64,000 nt of DNA from an uncultured Chloroflexia bacterium. GTDB taxonomy: Bacteria > Chloroflexota > Chloroflexia > QHBQ01 > JADMIH01. A program made the position numbers and the translations under genes. Location of the stretch: NCBI GenBank assembly GCA_963797095.1, contig CAWCNY010000006.1, positions 256,001 through 320,000 of the forward strand. Reading direction: 5' to 3'. How positions within the stretch are numbered: position 1 is the stretch's first letter; every line of letters starts with the position of its first letter. The notes under the pieces were generated by a model. It was not told the origin of the DNA and ran no database searches. It saw only the letters and a program-made list of their open reading frames with translations. Below are positions 20,579 to 30,003 of this stretch, piece after piece.

Positions 20579-20652
20579 GGGAGTGGCGAGTGGCGAGTGG
20601 CGAGTGACCAGCAACCAGCAACCAGCAACTATAGTCCGACTACCGACTACCG
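20579..20652. repeat. Heptamer repeats (gagtggc)n, (accagca)n, (ccgacta)n
   Basis: Read directly between nuoM and nuoN. Confidence 0.85.
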
Positions 20653-20667
20653 CTCATTGGGGGAGCT

Positions 20668-22197
20668 ATGACGATTGACTACAACGGGATAAACCTCAAC
20701 ATAGAAGCCATACTGCCTGAGTTGATAGTGACGGTATTCGCCATTATCACCATCTTCGTTGACCTCTTCATACGGGGGCGGCAGAACAAGAGCCAACTGC
20801 TGGCAGGCATCAGCATTGTAGGCTATGTGCTGGCCTTTGCCGTGTGCATCCTCTATTTCGACAACAATATCGGCAGCCCGATCTTCAACCAGCAATCGTT
20901 CAACAACATGATCGTCACGGACAACCTGGGCTTGTTCTTCAGGATGCTCTCGCTGGGCACGGCTATCGTTGCCACCCTGCTATCCGTACAGTATGTGCAA
21001 GACCGGGGGCTGGCGCAGGGCGAATACTATGCGGTGCTGGCTCTCGCCACCGTGGGTATGATGTTCACCTCGGCCTCTACCGACCTCACGACACTCTTCG
21101 TGGGGATCGAGTTGATGTCTATCTCGGTCTACATACTCACGGGCTTCGCGCGCACCGACAAGCTATCCAATGAAGCGGCGATCAAATACTTTCTCCTGGG
21201 GGTCTTTTCCACTGCTATCCTTGTGTACGGTATGGCCTGGCTATACGGCATGACTGGCTATACCAACCTGCGCCTGATAGGCTCCAAGATAGAGGAGATA
21301 ATCACCGCGGGTGGTGGGCTGACCACCAATGCCGGGGTGCTCCTGGCGATGCTGCTGCTGATCGCGGGCCTGGGCTTCAAGATCGCGGCGGTGCCCTTCC
21401 ATATGTGGACGCCCGACGCTTACCAGGGCGCGCCTACCCCTATTACTGCTTTCATGTCGGTTGGTCCCAAGGCAGCAGGCTTCGCGGCCACCATCCGCAT
21501 ATTGACAGAGGCTCTTGGCCCCGCGTGGGACCAGTGGGTGCCTATCATCGCCTTGTTGAGTATCGCCACGATGACGCTGGGTAATGTTACAGCCGTGCTC
21601 CAACGGTCGGTGAAGCGTATGCTGGCCTATTCGTCCATAGCCCACACCGGCTACATTCTGATCGGCCTGGCGGCCTTCTCTATGACCAACCAGCAGAACT
21701 CCATCTCCTCGATACTGTTCTACCTTTTCTCCTATCTGTTTATGAATATGGGCGCGTTCGGGGTGGTGATATGGCTCCAGAGGAACGGCCTGACCGACTC
21801 GCTCGACAGCTTCAGGGGCCTTTCAAGCTGGGCTCCCGGCCCCGCTGCTTTGATGATGTTCTTCCTCCTCTCTCTGACGGGCATACCGCCAACCATAGGC
21901 TTCCTGGGTAAATATTATGTGTTCACGGCTGCACTGAACTCAGGGTTGGTGTGGCTGGTCGTTATAGGCGCTCTCAACAGCGCTGTGGCGGCGTTCTACT
22001 ACCTCCGTATCATCTGGTTCATGTACTTCGAGGAGCCACGTACAGCCCGTGTGCAGCGCTCTTCGCCCGCCGTTGTCTATACACTTGTAGGTGCTGCCAT
22101 CGCGGTGCTGCTTTTCTTCTTCGTGTCGTGGCCTATCATTGACTACGCCAAGAACTCGCTGCCTACCATAGTGGCCGTCCTGGCCGGAGGCAAGTAG
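20668..22197 (+). CDS. nuoN: NADH-quinone oxidoreductase subunit N
   Basis: EAAIKYF, FKIAAVPFHMWTPDAYQGAP, KRMLAYSSIAHTGY. Confidence 0.98.
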   Translation: MTIDYNGINLNIEAILPELIVTVFAIITIFVDLFIRGRQNKSQLLAGISIVGYVLAFAVCILYFDNNIGSPIFNQQSFNNMIVTDNLGLFFRMLSLGTAIVATLLSVQYVQDRGLAQGEYYAVLALATVGMMFTSASTDLTTLFVGIELMSISVYILTGFARTDKLSNEAAIKYFLLGVFSTAILVYGMAWLYGMTGYTNLRLIGSKIEEIITAGGGLTTNAGVLLAMLLLIAGLGFKIAAVPFHMWTPDAYQGAPTPITAFMSVGPKAAGFAATIRILTEALGPAWDQWVPIIALLSIATMTLGNVTAVLQRSVKRMLAYSSIAHTGYILIGLAAFSMTNQQNSISSILFYLFSYLFMNMGAFGVVIWLQRNGLTDSLDSFRGLSSWAPGPAALMMFFLLSLTGIPPTIGFLGKYYVFTAALNSGLVWLVVIGALNSAVAAFYYLRIIWFMYFEEPRTARVQRSSPAVVYTLVGAAIAVLLFFFVSWPIIDYAKNSLPTIVAVLAGGK

Positions 22198-22316
22198 CCT
22201 CTTTAATTCCGAGTTCCGAGTGCAAAGGCGCGGAGGACGCTGAGGGTTTCGATATTTATTCGCCTTTCCTTGGCCTCATGCCTTTTGCTTATGCATATAT
22301 GGCAGGCTGAGCGATC

Positions 22317-22478
22317 GTGTTCGCCATTCTGGGCTGGCGCTGGCGCACCTCACACCTTATCTACACCCTGCGACTTACGGGCGAATTCGGCCGCCCGAAC
22401 GCCCTGGCTACCATGGACGAGGTTTATATCAAGGTCGTGATGCGTGCCCTCCAGAGGGGTATTCGCGACAACAGATAA
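22317..22478 (+). pseudogene. Short 53-codon ORF or gene remnant (VFAILGWRW...DEVYIKVVMRALQRGI)
   Basis: Open frame with protein-like composition, preceded by an in-frame stop and no RBS; looks like the C-terminal fragment of a small membrane protein. Confidence 0.3.
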
Positions 22479-22528
22479 GCGTAAGTTTCCCTCATTAAGT
22501 TCGGCCCATCCACCGGCCTCCAATCTTT

Positions 22529-22589
22529 AGAACATATTTACTAAAACCATGTGTAAAACATGGCGAAAATTGCGTGAATCGGGTATAAT
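22529..22589 (+). promoter_or_regulatory. gyrA promoter with possible LexA box
   Basis: TGGCGA(22561-66)-17 nt-TATAAT(22584-89). AGAACATATTTACT (22529-42) is one mismatch from AGAAC-N4-GTACT. Confidence 0.4.
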
Positions 22590-22647
22590 GGAATGACGCA
22601 CATATAATAATGTAGCCAGCTACCAGCATTGGAGGAACCGGAACAGC

Positions 22648-25437
22648 ATGGAATTAGGCACAATTAGAACCGTCAATCTCGACAGCGAGATGAGATCGGC
22701 TTACCTCGATTACGCCATGAGCGTGATCGTGGCCCGCGCCCTGCCCGATGTGCGCGACGGTATGAAACCCGTCCAGAGGCGTATCATGTACGCCATGCAC
22801 CGCATGGGCCTGCGCCACAACACCCCCTATCGTAAGAGCGCCGGTATCGTCGGCGAGGTGCTCAAAGAGTTCCACCCTCACGGTGATGCATCAGTTTACG
22901 ATGCCCTGGCCCGTATGGCCCAGGATTTCTCACTGCGCTACCCGCTTGTTGACGGTCAAGGCAACTGGGGTAGCGTCGACGGAGACCCACCTGCCGCCAT
23001 GAGGTATACGGAAGCCAAGCTCTCGGAAATTGCGGGCGAGTTGCTGGTAGATATAGACAAAGAAACGGTAGATTACCAGCCCAACTACGACGACAAGACC
23101 CAGGAGCCGAAGGTGCTTCCTGCCCGCCTGCCTAATATGCTCCTGAATGGTGCTTCGGGCATCGCTGTTGGCATGGCTACCAACATCCCGCCCCACAATC
23201 TGAGCGAGCTTGCCGACGCCATCATGCACCTGATCGATAACCAGGACGCGACGGTCGAAGACCTCATGAAGCATGTGCCCGGCCCCGATTTCCCGACGGG
23301 CGGCATCATCCTGGGCGTTGAAGGCATCCGAGAGGCCTATGCCACCGGCAAAGGCCGCGTGATCGTGCGGGCGAAAGCCTACATCGAGGAGAGCCGCGCT
23401 GGTCGCTATAGCATCATCGTCACCGAGTTGCCTTTCCAGGTAAACAAAGCCAGCCTTCACGAAAAGATCGCTGAGCTAATCTCAGACGATAGGTTGCCCG
23501 GTGCAAGCCTGGTGCGCGACGAGTCTGACCGCAACGGCATGCGCCTGGTGGTCGAGCTAAAGCGCGACGCGCAGCCCAAGAAGGTGCTCAACCTCCTCTT
23601 CAAATACACCGCCATGCAGTCCACCTTCGGCGTGAACATGGTAGCTCTGGTAAACGGCAACGAGCCGCGCGTACTGCCCCTCAAAAAGTCGCTGCTATAC
23701 TATATAGATTGGCGTCTTGAGGTTGTCACCAGGCGTACCCGCTATGAACTCAAGAAGGCCCAGGAGCGTGCCCATATCCTCGAAGGACTAAAGATAGCGC
23801 TGGATAACCTGGACGCGGTTATAGCAACCATACGGGCCAGCAGGACCACCAATTCGGCCAAGAGCAACCTGCGCACCCAGTTCAAGCTCTCGGATGTGCA
23901 GGCCCAGGCAATCCTCGATATGAGGCTGGCGCGGCTGGCCGCTCTTGAGCGCAAAAAGATCGAAGATGAGTACATCTCTGTGATCAAAGAGATCGGTTAC
24001 CTTGAGGACCTCTTATCGCACCCTCAGAAGATGTACAACCTGATCAAGACCGACCTGAAGGACCTGAAAGAGAAGTACGGCGATGAGCGCAGGACCCGCA
24101 TAGTTGAGACCGCAGCGGGCGAGTTCAGCGAGGAAGACCTGATCCCCGACATCCAGGTGCTCGTCACGATCACCGACAGAGGCTATGTCAAGCGACTGCC
24201 ACATGACACCTACAAGCGGCAGAACCGTGGCGGCAGGGGTATAGTCGGCATGGTGACACGCGATATGGATGCTGTGCAGCACATGATCACCTGCAATACG
24301 CTCGACAACCTTCTTTTCCTCACTAACAGAGGGAAGGTGTACCAGCTAAAGGCGCATGAAGTGCCCGATGCCAGCAGGCAGGCCAAGGGACTCCCTCTGG
24401 TGAACCTGGTATCGCTGGAGCCTAATGAGCTTGTAACGGGCTTGATCTCCATACGCGACTTCCAGAACGACGGCGCTTACCTGGTGCTTGCCACCAAGCA
24501 GGGCAAGATCAAGAAGACCGCCCTCAGCGAATATAGCTCGGTGCGCTCCACGGGCATCATAGCCCTTAACCTGGAGCCAGGCGATGAGCTTTCAGCCTCA
24601 CGCCTTTCCCACGGCAACGGCGATATAATTGTTGCCACGCGCAAGGGGCAGGCGATTCGCTTCTCCGAGAAACTGGTGCGCCCTATGGGCAGAGCCACTG
24701 CGGGCGTAGCCGCCATAAGATTAAGGTCGGGCGACGAAGTGATCGGGATGGACGTAATCCACCCCGATTCCAATGCCTCGCTCTTGATCGTGACCAGCAA
24801 GGGTATGGGCAAGCGAACTCATCTCAAGGAATTCCCGCGCCAGGGCCGAGCAGGTGGAGGCGTGCGCGCTATCACTGTGATCGCCAAAGGTGGTCCGGTC
24901 CGGGTGGCACGCGTGGTCAATCCCGACGACGATCTGGTTGTGATCTCAAACAACGGCCAGGTGATCAGGATGTTTGTCGATGGCATTCCTCACAAAGGCC
25001 GGCCGGCACAGGGCGTCGCCGTGATGAACATGCGCGAGAAGGACGAGGTGGCCTCCATAGCCCGTATGCCACGCACTGACAAGACGGGCAAGATGCTCAG
25101 CGATGAAGATCTTGAGGTTCTGAGCGAGGACGAGATAGAAGCCGGTGTAAACGGGAAGGCAGATCGCGCTGCGACATCCAGGCCGGCGGTTGCCGTCAAG
25201 ACACCAACCAACAGGTCTACACCTAGAACGTCAGCTACAAAAGTTACCCAGGCATCGCCCGCGAGAAAACCGGCGGCCAGGGTCGCGACACCTAAGGTAG
25301 AAGCAGCACCGCCGCCAGCGCAACCCGCTACGACGAGGACCCGCTCTGCTCCTGGGCCTTCAACGAATGGCAGGACCAACGGCAAAGCCGAACCGGTGGG
25401 TGCGGCACCTACTACCAGAACACGCACGAAGAAATAG
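22648..25437 (+). CDS. gyrA: DNA gyrase subunit A
   Basis: [27 protein letters not shown] catalytic Tyr, GyrA-box QNRGGRG. Confidence 0.97.
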   Translation: MELGTIRTVNLDSEMRSAYLDYAMSVIVARALPDVRDGMKPVQRRIMYAMHRMGLRHNTPYRKSAGIVGEVLKEFHPHGDASVYDALARMAQDFSLRYPLVDGQGNWGSVDGDPPAAMRYTEAKLSEIAGELLVDIDKETVDYQPNYDDKTQEPKVLPARLPNMLLNGASGIAVGMATNIPPHNLSELADAIMHLIDNQDATVEDLMKHVPGPDFPTGGIILGVEGIREAYATGKGRVIVRAKAYIEESRAGRYSIIVTELPFQVNKASLHEKIAELISDDRLPGASLVRDESDRNGMRLVVELKRDAQPKKVLNLLFKYTAMQSTFGVNMVALVNGNEPRVLPLKKSLLYYIDWRLEVVTRRTRYELKKAQERAHILEGLKIALDNLDAVIATIRASRTTNSAKSNLRTQFKLSDVQAQAILDMRLARLAALERKKIEDEYISVIKEIGYLEDLLSHPQKMYNLIKTDLKDLKEKYGDERRTRIVETAAGEFSEEDLIPDIQVLVTITDRGYVKRLPHDTYKRQNRGGRGIVGMVTRDMDAVQHMITCNTLDNLLFLTNRGKVYQLKAHEVPDASRQAKGLPLVNLVSLEPNELVTGLISIRDFQNDGAYLVLATKQGKIKKTALSEYSSVRSTGIIALNLEPGDELSASRLSHGNGDIIVATRKGQAIRFSEKLVRPMGRATAGVAAIRLRSGDEVIGMDVIHPDSNASLLIVTSKGMGKRTHLKEFPRQGRAGGGVRAITVIAKGGPVRVARVVNPDDDLVVISNNGQVIRMFVDGIPHKGRPAQGVAVMNMREKDEVASIARMPRTDKTGKMLSDEDLEVLSEDEIEAGVNGKADRAATSRPAVAVKTPTNRSTPRTSATKVTQASPARKPAARVATPKVEAAPPPAQPATTRTRSAPGPSTNGRTNGKAEPVGAAPTTRTRTKK

Positions 25438-25457
25438 ACAGCCCTTCTTAAAGATTG

Positions 25458-25484
25458 AAACCGGGTCGCCTTTGACCCGGTTTC
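25458..25484 (+). terminator. Intrinsic terminator after gyrA
   Basis: aaaccgggtc-gccttt-gacccggttt hairpin. Confidence 0.75.
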
Positions 25485-25567
25485 TTAGCGCAGTATTCCT
25501 TTGTTCTTCCAAAAAGCAAGAACCCCCGTGCGCGGGGGTTCCTATTAGACACGCTCCGTGTTCCAGA

Positions 25568-25732
25568 TTAGTTGGTGACGAGACCGGAGCTGATCTGGGA
25601 GAAGGTGCTGCCGACCTGCTGACCCAGGAAGGTCAGGATCAGGATTACGACGATGGCGATCAGGACGAGAATAAGAGCGTACTCTACCAGGCCCTGGCCT
25701 TTCTTCTTCAACTGCTCAATCTTAGCGCGCAT
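25568..25732 (-). CDS. flp: Flp family type IVb/Tad pilin, copy 1 (54 aa; absent from the ORF track)
   Basis: MRAKIEQLKKKG/QGLVEYALIL Flp motif; GGAGG RBS. Confidence 0.92.
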   Translation of the reverse strand: MRAKIEQLKKKGQGLVEYALILVLIAIVVILILTFLGQQVGSTFSQISSGLVTN

Positions 25733-25987
25733 TATGTTTGCCTCCAATTTAGATAATAGCTTTGGATAATTGTTGTGGCGCAGTTGGCACTATTATTGAC
25801 CGCGCCGGATTACGACTTTATCTTACCCGCACCCCTAGCCTACGTGAATAGCCCTCTATTCCTATTTTGTGCCCGTACTTGCTGGCTATAAAGTCCTACT
25901 ACGTTCGAAATACCTCTTTTGGGTGAATTAAAAGAAGAACCCCGCGCATTGCGCGGGGTTCCTATTAGACACGCTCCGTGTTCCAGA

Positions 25988-26152
25988 TTAGTTGGTGACG
26001 AGACCGGAGCTGATCTGGGAGAAGGTGCTGCCGACCTGCTGACCCAGGAAGGTCAGGATCAGGATTACGACGATGGCGATCAGGACGAGAATAAGAGCGT
26101 ACTCTACCAGGCCCTGGCCTTTCTTCTTCAACTGCTCAATCTTAGCGCGCAT
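25988..26152 (-). CDS. flp: Flp family pilin, copy 2 (identical to copy 1)
   Basis: Same sequence; true start is ATG 26152 with GGAGG RBS. Confidence 0.92.
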   Translation of the reverse strand: MRAKIEQLKKKGQGLVEYALILVLIAIVVILILTFLGQQVGSTFSQISSGLVTN

Positions 26153-26355
26153 TATGTTTGCCTCCAATTTAGATAATAGCTTTGGATAATTCTTTGCGAA
26201 GACCATTTCTTTTGCAGAACACCTGCATTTGCCTTCCAACTTAGCATAGCGAGTCCTGCGTGAGGAGTGAATAGCCAACTGGTCCTGCTAATTGGTCAAA
26301 CTGCTAGCAATATGGTCCTAACACGATTGGACGCGCTTTCGGCGGTAGATTATGG

Positions 26356-26397
26356 GGAAAGCAAAGAGCCTGCCGGCCGGCAGGCTCTTTGCTTTCC
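26356..26397. repeat. Perfect 42-bp palindrome with no spacer, possible terminator
   Basis: ggaaagcaaagagcctgccgg followed immediately by ccggcaggctctttgctttcc. Confidence 0.9.
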
Positions 26398-26504
26398 AGT
26401 ACGAGATTACAGAGGATAATTACCAGGAGAAGAATAGATAATACCAGGATAATATGTGTTTCGTAGTTGTGACCGTTGATACTCGCCCCTCGATTGCATC
26501 CATC

Positions 26505-26711
26505 TCAAGGTGTTGAAGGGAACCCATCATTCACCTTAGAGTAGAGGTTGGAGAACACCTGCTGTCCAATAAAGGTGAGGATGGCGATGATTACTATGAC
26601 AACCATTGTGATTATCAACGCGTATTCGACCAGTCCCTGCCCTTTGGTATGCAACAGGTTTCGCAACCATTGCCCCGTCTTGTCCCGAGGCCTATTTGAG
26701 CCCAATCTCAC
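26505..26711 (-). CDS. flp: Flp family pilin, divergent paralog
   Basis: TKG/QGLVEYALII motif followed by a hydrophobic helix. Confidence 0.88.
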   Translation of the reverse strand: MRLGSNRPRDKTGQWLRNLLHTKGQGLVEYALIITMVVIVIIAILTFIGQQVFSNLYSKVNDGFPSTP

Positions 26712-26931
26712 TTTTTACCCCCTTTCATGCAGATACGATCTGCAACAGTGTTGTGGGGTGAAGTACCCCACTCTTAATATAGTCATACTGGCTTTTGCCG
26801 GTAATATCCTTATGAGTTATCTTTACTGAGTACCAAGGTACCCTCTTTGGATGGTACCCTGGTACTACTTACAATGTGACAAGTGATTATTGCCTACTGC
26901 GTACTGCCATTTCACCATTCGTCTCAGCGGC

Positions 26932-28107
26932 TCAGGCTGCCATCTCGGCTGGTAAGTTCGCGACAACCCGAGTGCCCTTGCCCGGAGCCGTGTCGATGCT
27001 GAGTTGTCCTCCGAACATCTCCACTCGTTGGCGCATGGTTGCCAGCCCTCGGAACTTGGGGTTATTCAGCCTGGTGTCATCGGCGCTGAACCCTGAGCCA
27101 TCGTCTTCTACATTCACAGATACTACCTCGCCGTTCACGTCGATTGATACCTGTGCATGTGTAGCGTGGGCATGCTTGGCTACGTTGGTGAGCGCCTCCT
27201 GTACGATACGGAAGATCGCTACCTCGATCTGGTTCGGCAGCCTACCGTTCATGCCGTTGATGGTTACACCCACTTCGATCTTGAACTTGTCGGTGAACTG
27301 CTGCACATAGCGGCGCAGCGTCGGCTCAAGGCCGAGGTCGTCCAGGATCATGGGTCGAAGGTCAAAGATGAACCGGCGCGTATCCTGAAGCGTGGTATTG
27401 ACGACGTTCTTGAGGCCCACCAGTTCGCTCTTGGCGCGAGCCGGGTCGACATCGAGCAGACGCTCGCATATCTCCGCACGTAGCACCAGGTTGGTCATCG
27501 TCTGGGCGGGGCCATCGTGAATCTGGCGTGACACATACAGGCGCTCATCCTCTTGAGCCTGGATCACCTGGCCCAGCATCGCTTTACTTTCAGAGCTTCC
27601 TTCATTCATATGAATTTCAGGTCGGGGCTGAAGCGGGCCGGAGCCTGTTCCTTTCATCGATGTCGAACCGGGGTTGAAGTCGTCTGGGACCGATTGTAGG
27701 AGACTCGTAAATCGCCCAATGCGCTGCTGGAGCATTTTCATGCTATTGCGCTTGTTTTCCAACTGCTCCACCTGGGCGCGCATCATGAAGAGGCGCATCT
27801 GTATCTCGTGAGCCGAGTTATAGATAGTCTTCATATCGGTGCGGCTGTAGTTGTCCAGGTTTAGCTCCATATCGCGCACGCGGTTGGTCATGCCAAGCTC
27901 GCGCTGGGCCAGTTTCTCGACCTCGCCGTTGGTCTGGCGCAAGAGCATCTCGATCTCGCTCAACTCGCGTCCCAGCGCCTCTGACTCCACTCTGGACTCG
28001 CCCAATACCGAGCTAACTTTGGTGCGAAACTCATCCGTAGCCGATCCACGTGATGTAGTTGCAGAATCCTGAGTGGTAGCATCGGGCGATTGTGGGCTTC
28101 TTGACAT
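26932..28107 (-). CDS. DegS-like cytoplasmic sensor histidine kinase (HisKA_3)
   Basis: N-terminal coiled coil (NYSRTDMKTIYNSAHEIQMRL) like the Bacillus DegS sensor domain; ER...RQIHDGPAQ, DLRP, QEALTNVAKHA, DDGSGF; no TM helices. Confidence 0.88.
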   Translation of the reverse strand: MSRSPQSPDATTQDSATTSRGSATDEFRTKVSSVLGESRVESEALGRELSEIEMLLRQTNGEVEKLAQRELGMTNRVRDMELNLDNYSRTDMKTIYNSAHEIQMRLFMMRAQVEQLENKRNSMKMLQQRIGRFTSLLQSVPDDFNPGSTSMKGTGSGPLQPRPEIHMNEGSSESKAMLGQVIQAQEDERLYVSRQIHDGPAQTMTNLVLRAEICERLLDVDPARAKSELVGLKNVVNTTLQDTRRFIFDLRPMILDDLGLEPTLRRYVQQFTDKFKIEVGVTINGMNGRLPNQIEVAIFRIVQEALTNVAKHAHATHAQVSIDVNGEVVSVNVEDDGSGFSADDTRLNNPKFRGLATMRQRVEMFGGQLSIDTAPGKGTRVVANLPAEMAA

Positions 28108-28278
28108 GATTTCGGTTCCTCTTACTTATTCAGATTATTCTGATTGTTGTCGGGCAAAATCGTGGGTATGCCCATATGGGTTCTGTTCTAATATTAGCAA
28201 GCCTCAAGCCTGTAAACAATAAACCTTTCGTACTCTAATAAGTGAGCGATAAGTCCTATAGGCGGATTATTTGCTCAT

Positions 28279-29889
28279 CTACCTTGTGAAAACGATCCCT
28301 TGCTTATCCTCATACACCTTATTCCATGTTTGTGAGGTCGATATGAATGGAATCAGGTTCTTCTGGAAGTCTTTGTTTAGCACCAGGGTGCGAATGCCAT
28401 AGCCGTCGAGGGTCTTCTGCCAATCGGCCCGCCCCTGTGATACGGAGATATAGTCGTCCCACACCTGCACCTGTCGCGCCTCGAACCGCCCATCGATGAA
28501 AAGCTGGTACTGTGGGTAAAGTTCCCATTCCAGGTAGCCGCCCCACTCCATGTAGTTGAATATAGGCGCGGGCACATCCCCCGATTTGAGGAACGCGGTC
28601 AGTTTGGTAGGTGTGCTGTCGCCCACGGCCTCTCTTGCGTTGGCGGGCACCAATGGATTTGCTTGCCTCCACAAGGGTGTATAGAGCACAGCCCCCACTA
28701 CCAATATAGCCACCATCAGCAGGTTCAACGAGTAGATCTCCGAATAGGCGTCTGCGGGCTGCGCGTCCGCAACAGCTCCGGCCTCTTGCTCCGCCGTCTT
28801 TTGGCCTTCCTCTTTTGCCTTGCGCCGGTTTTCGGCCCAGAACGCGAAGTTGGCCGCGATCATCGGAGCTGTCACCCAACCCCACCACATGACATTGCGT
28901 AGCGAAGTAAGGGCCAGGTAGCCGAATGCGATGATCAGCAGGATCTCAGTTGGGCGCAGACGGCGCTTGCTGAGATAGATTGAGACCAGGAACACCGCCA
29001 GTTGCGCGAGGAAAAGCTGCCCCGTGCCGGTATAGATGGTGGGCGATTGCCATTCGACGTTGAGAGAGCGGGCTATCGGGTCGTTGGTGGCGACGAAGAA
29101 ATAGTTGTAGATGCTTATCGTGTATGGGTTGATCAGGCTGGCGAGGGCGGCGAGTATGAACCATAGCGCCTGCCACCCGGCGGCACGCGAGCGCAGCCAC
29201 CTCCGGCCTTCGGCGCTCCCGACCTTCTCCAGCAACGTCCCGAACCCATAGATGCCGAGCAGCGCCACGCCCAGGAAGAACGAGCCGTGTACGTTGACCC
29301 AGAAGATCATTAGCGGGACCAGCAAAGGCAGCCATTTCGGGTAGGCGTCCTTGCGCTCAAGAAGGAAGAGGAAGACTATGAACGGCAGGAAAGCGAACAG
29401 CTGTGGCCGCATTCCATAGTTGGTCCAGGCGGCGAAATAGGCCGCCAGGGTGGCGATAGAGCCTGCGCGTAGTGAGTTTGAGCGCCAGGTGCAGAGCCAT
29501 AACAGAATTCCGACTGTGGCCGTGATGATCAGCACCCTGACGGTGAGCATCAGGTAGGGCGACAGCGCGTAAGCCCAGTAGAAGAGGAGTTGCGAGCCCC
29601 ACTGCGGGTTCGAATATGGCTCGCGCACCGGCGACCACACCAGCACGTCGGTGCCCAGGAACTGCCCCATCTGCATCATGATCTGGCCGCTCTTCACGTT
29701 CCACCAGAAATCAAACGGCTCAATTGAGTCGATGCTGGCGGCGAACCAGGCGATGGCAAGCGGGATGATCGCCCACAGGTGGGCCTTCTTAATGCGGAAT
29801 GCGGAGTGCGGAGTGTGAAGTACCGTGGCTTCGCCTTCGTCTTCGTCGGCGGGTGTGGCGGCAGGGAGAGAGGTTGCTGTACTGCTCAT
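28279..29889 (-). CDS. Multi-pass membrane protein, GT-C glycosyltransferase-like
   Basis: DFWW..K.G, RPQLF, WVNVHGSF, INPY, EWQSP, WGGYL, FIDGR; many TM helices. Confidence 0.7.
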   Translation of the reverse strand: MSSTATSLPAATPADEDEGEATVLHTPHSAFRIKKAHLWAIIPLAIAWFAASIDSIEPFDFWWNVKSGQIMMQMGQFLGTDVLVWSPVREPYSNPQWGSQLLFYWAYALSPYLMLTVRVLIITATVGILLWLCTWRSNSLRAGSIATLAAYFAAWTNYGMRPQLFAFLPFIVFLFLLERKDAYPKWLPLLVPLMIFWVNVHGSFFLGVALLGIYGFGTLLEKVGSAEGRRWLRSRAAGWQALWFILAALASLINPYTISIYNYFFVATNDPIARSLNVEWQSPTIYTGTGQLFLAQLAVFLVSIYLSKRRLRPTEILLIIAFGYLALTSLRNVMWWGWVTAPMIAANFAFWAENRRKAKEEGQKTAEQEAGAVADAQPADAYSEIYSLNLLMVAILVVGAVLYTPLWRQANPLVPANAREAVGDSTPTKLTAFLKSGDVPAPIFNYMEWGGYLEWELYPQYQLFIDGRFEARQVQVWDDYISVSQGRADWQKTLDGYGIRTLVLNKDFQKNLIPFISTSQTWNKVYEDKQGIVFTR

Positions 29890-30003
29890 GCTACGATTGT
29901 AGCAGCGGGCAACCGGACCTGGAATAAGATTTTCGTAGGAGTGGGGGGTAGTACCTTTTCTTGATGCCCCAGGGCATGCACCCGTGGGTTGAGCCCTTCG
30001 CTC

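Larger units (their letters stand above)
25535..26191. repeat. 237-bp identical direct repeat (25535-25771 and 25955-26191), each copy carrying an Flp pilin gene
   Basis: Line-by-line identity at a 420-bp offset. Confidence 0.95.

Noticed and set aside
25367-26176. Duplicated + strand ORFs (129 aa and 85 aa)
   Set aside because: Antisense shadows of the Flp pilin genes.
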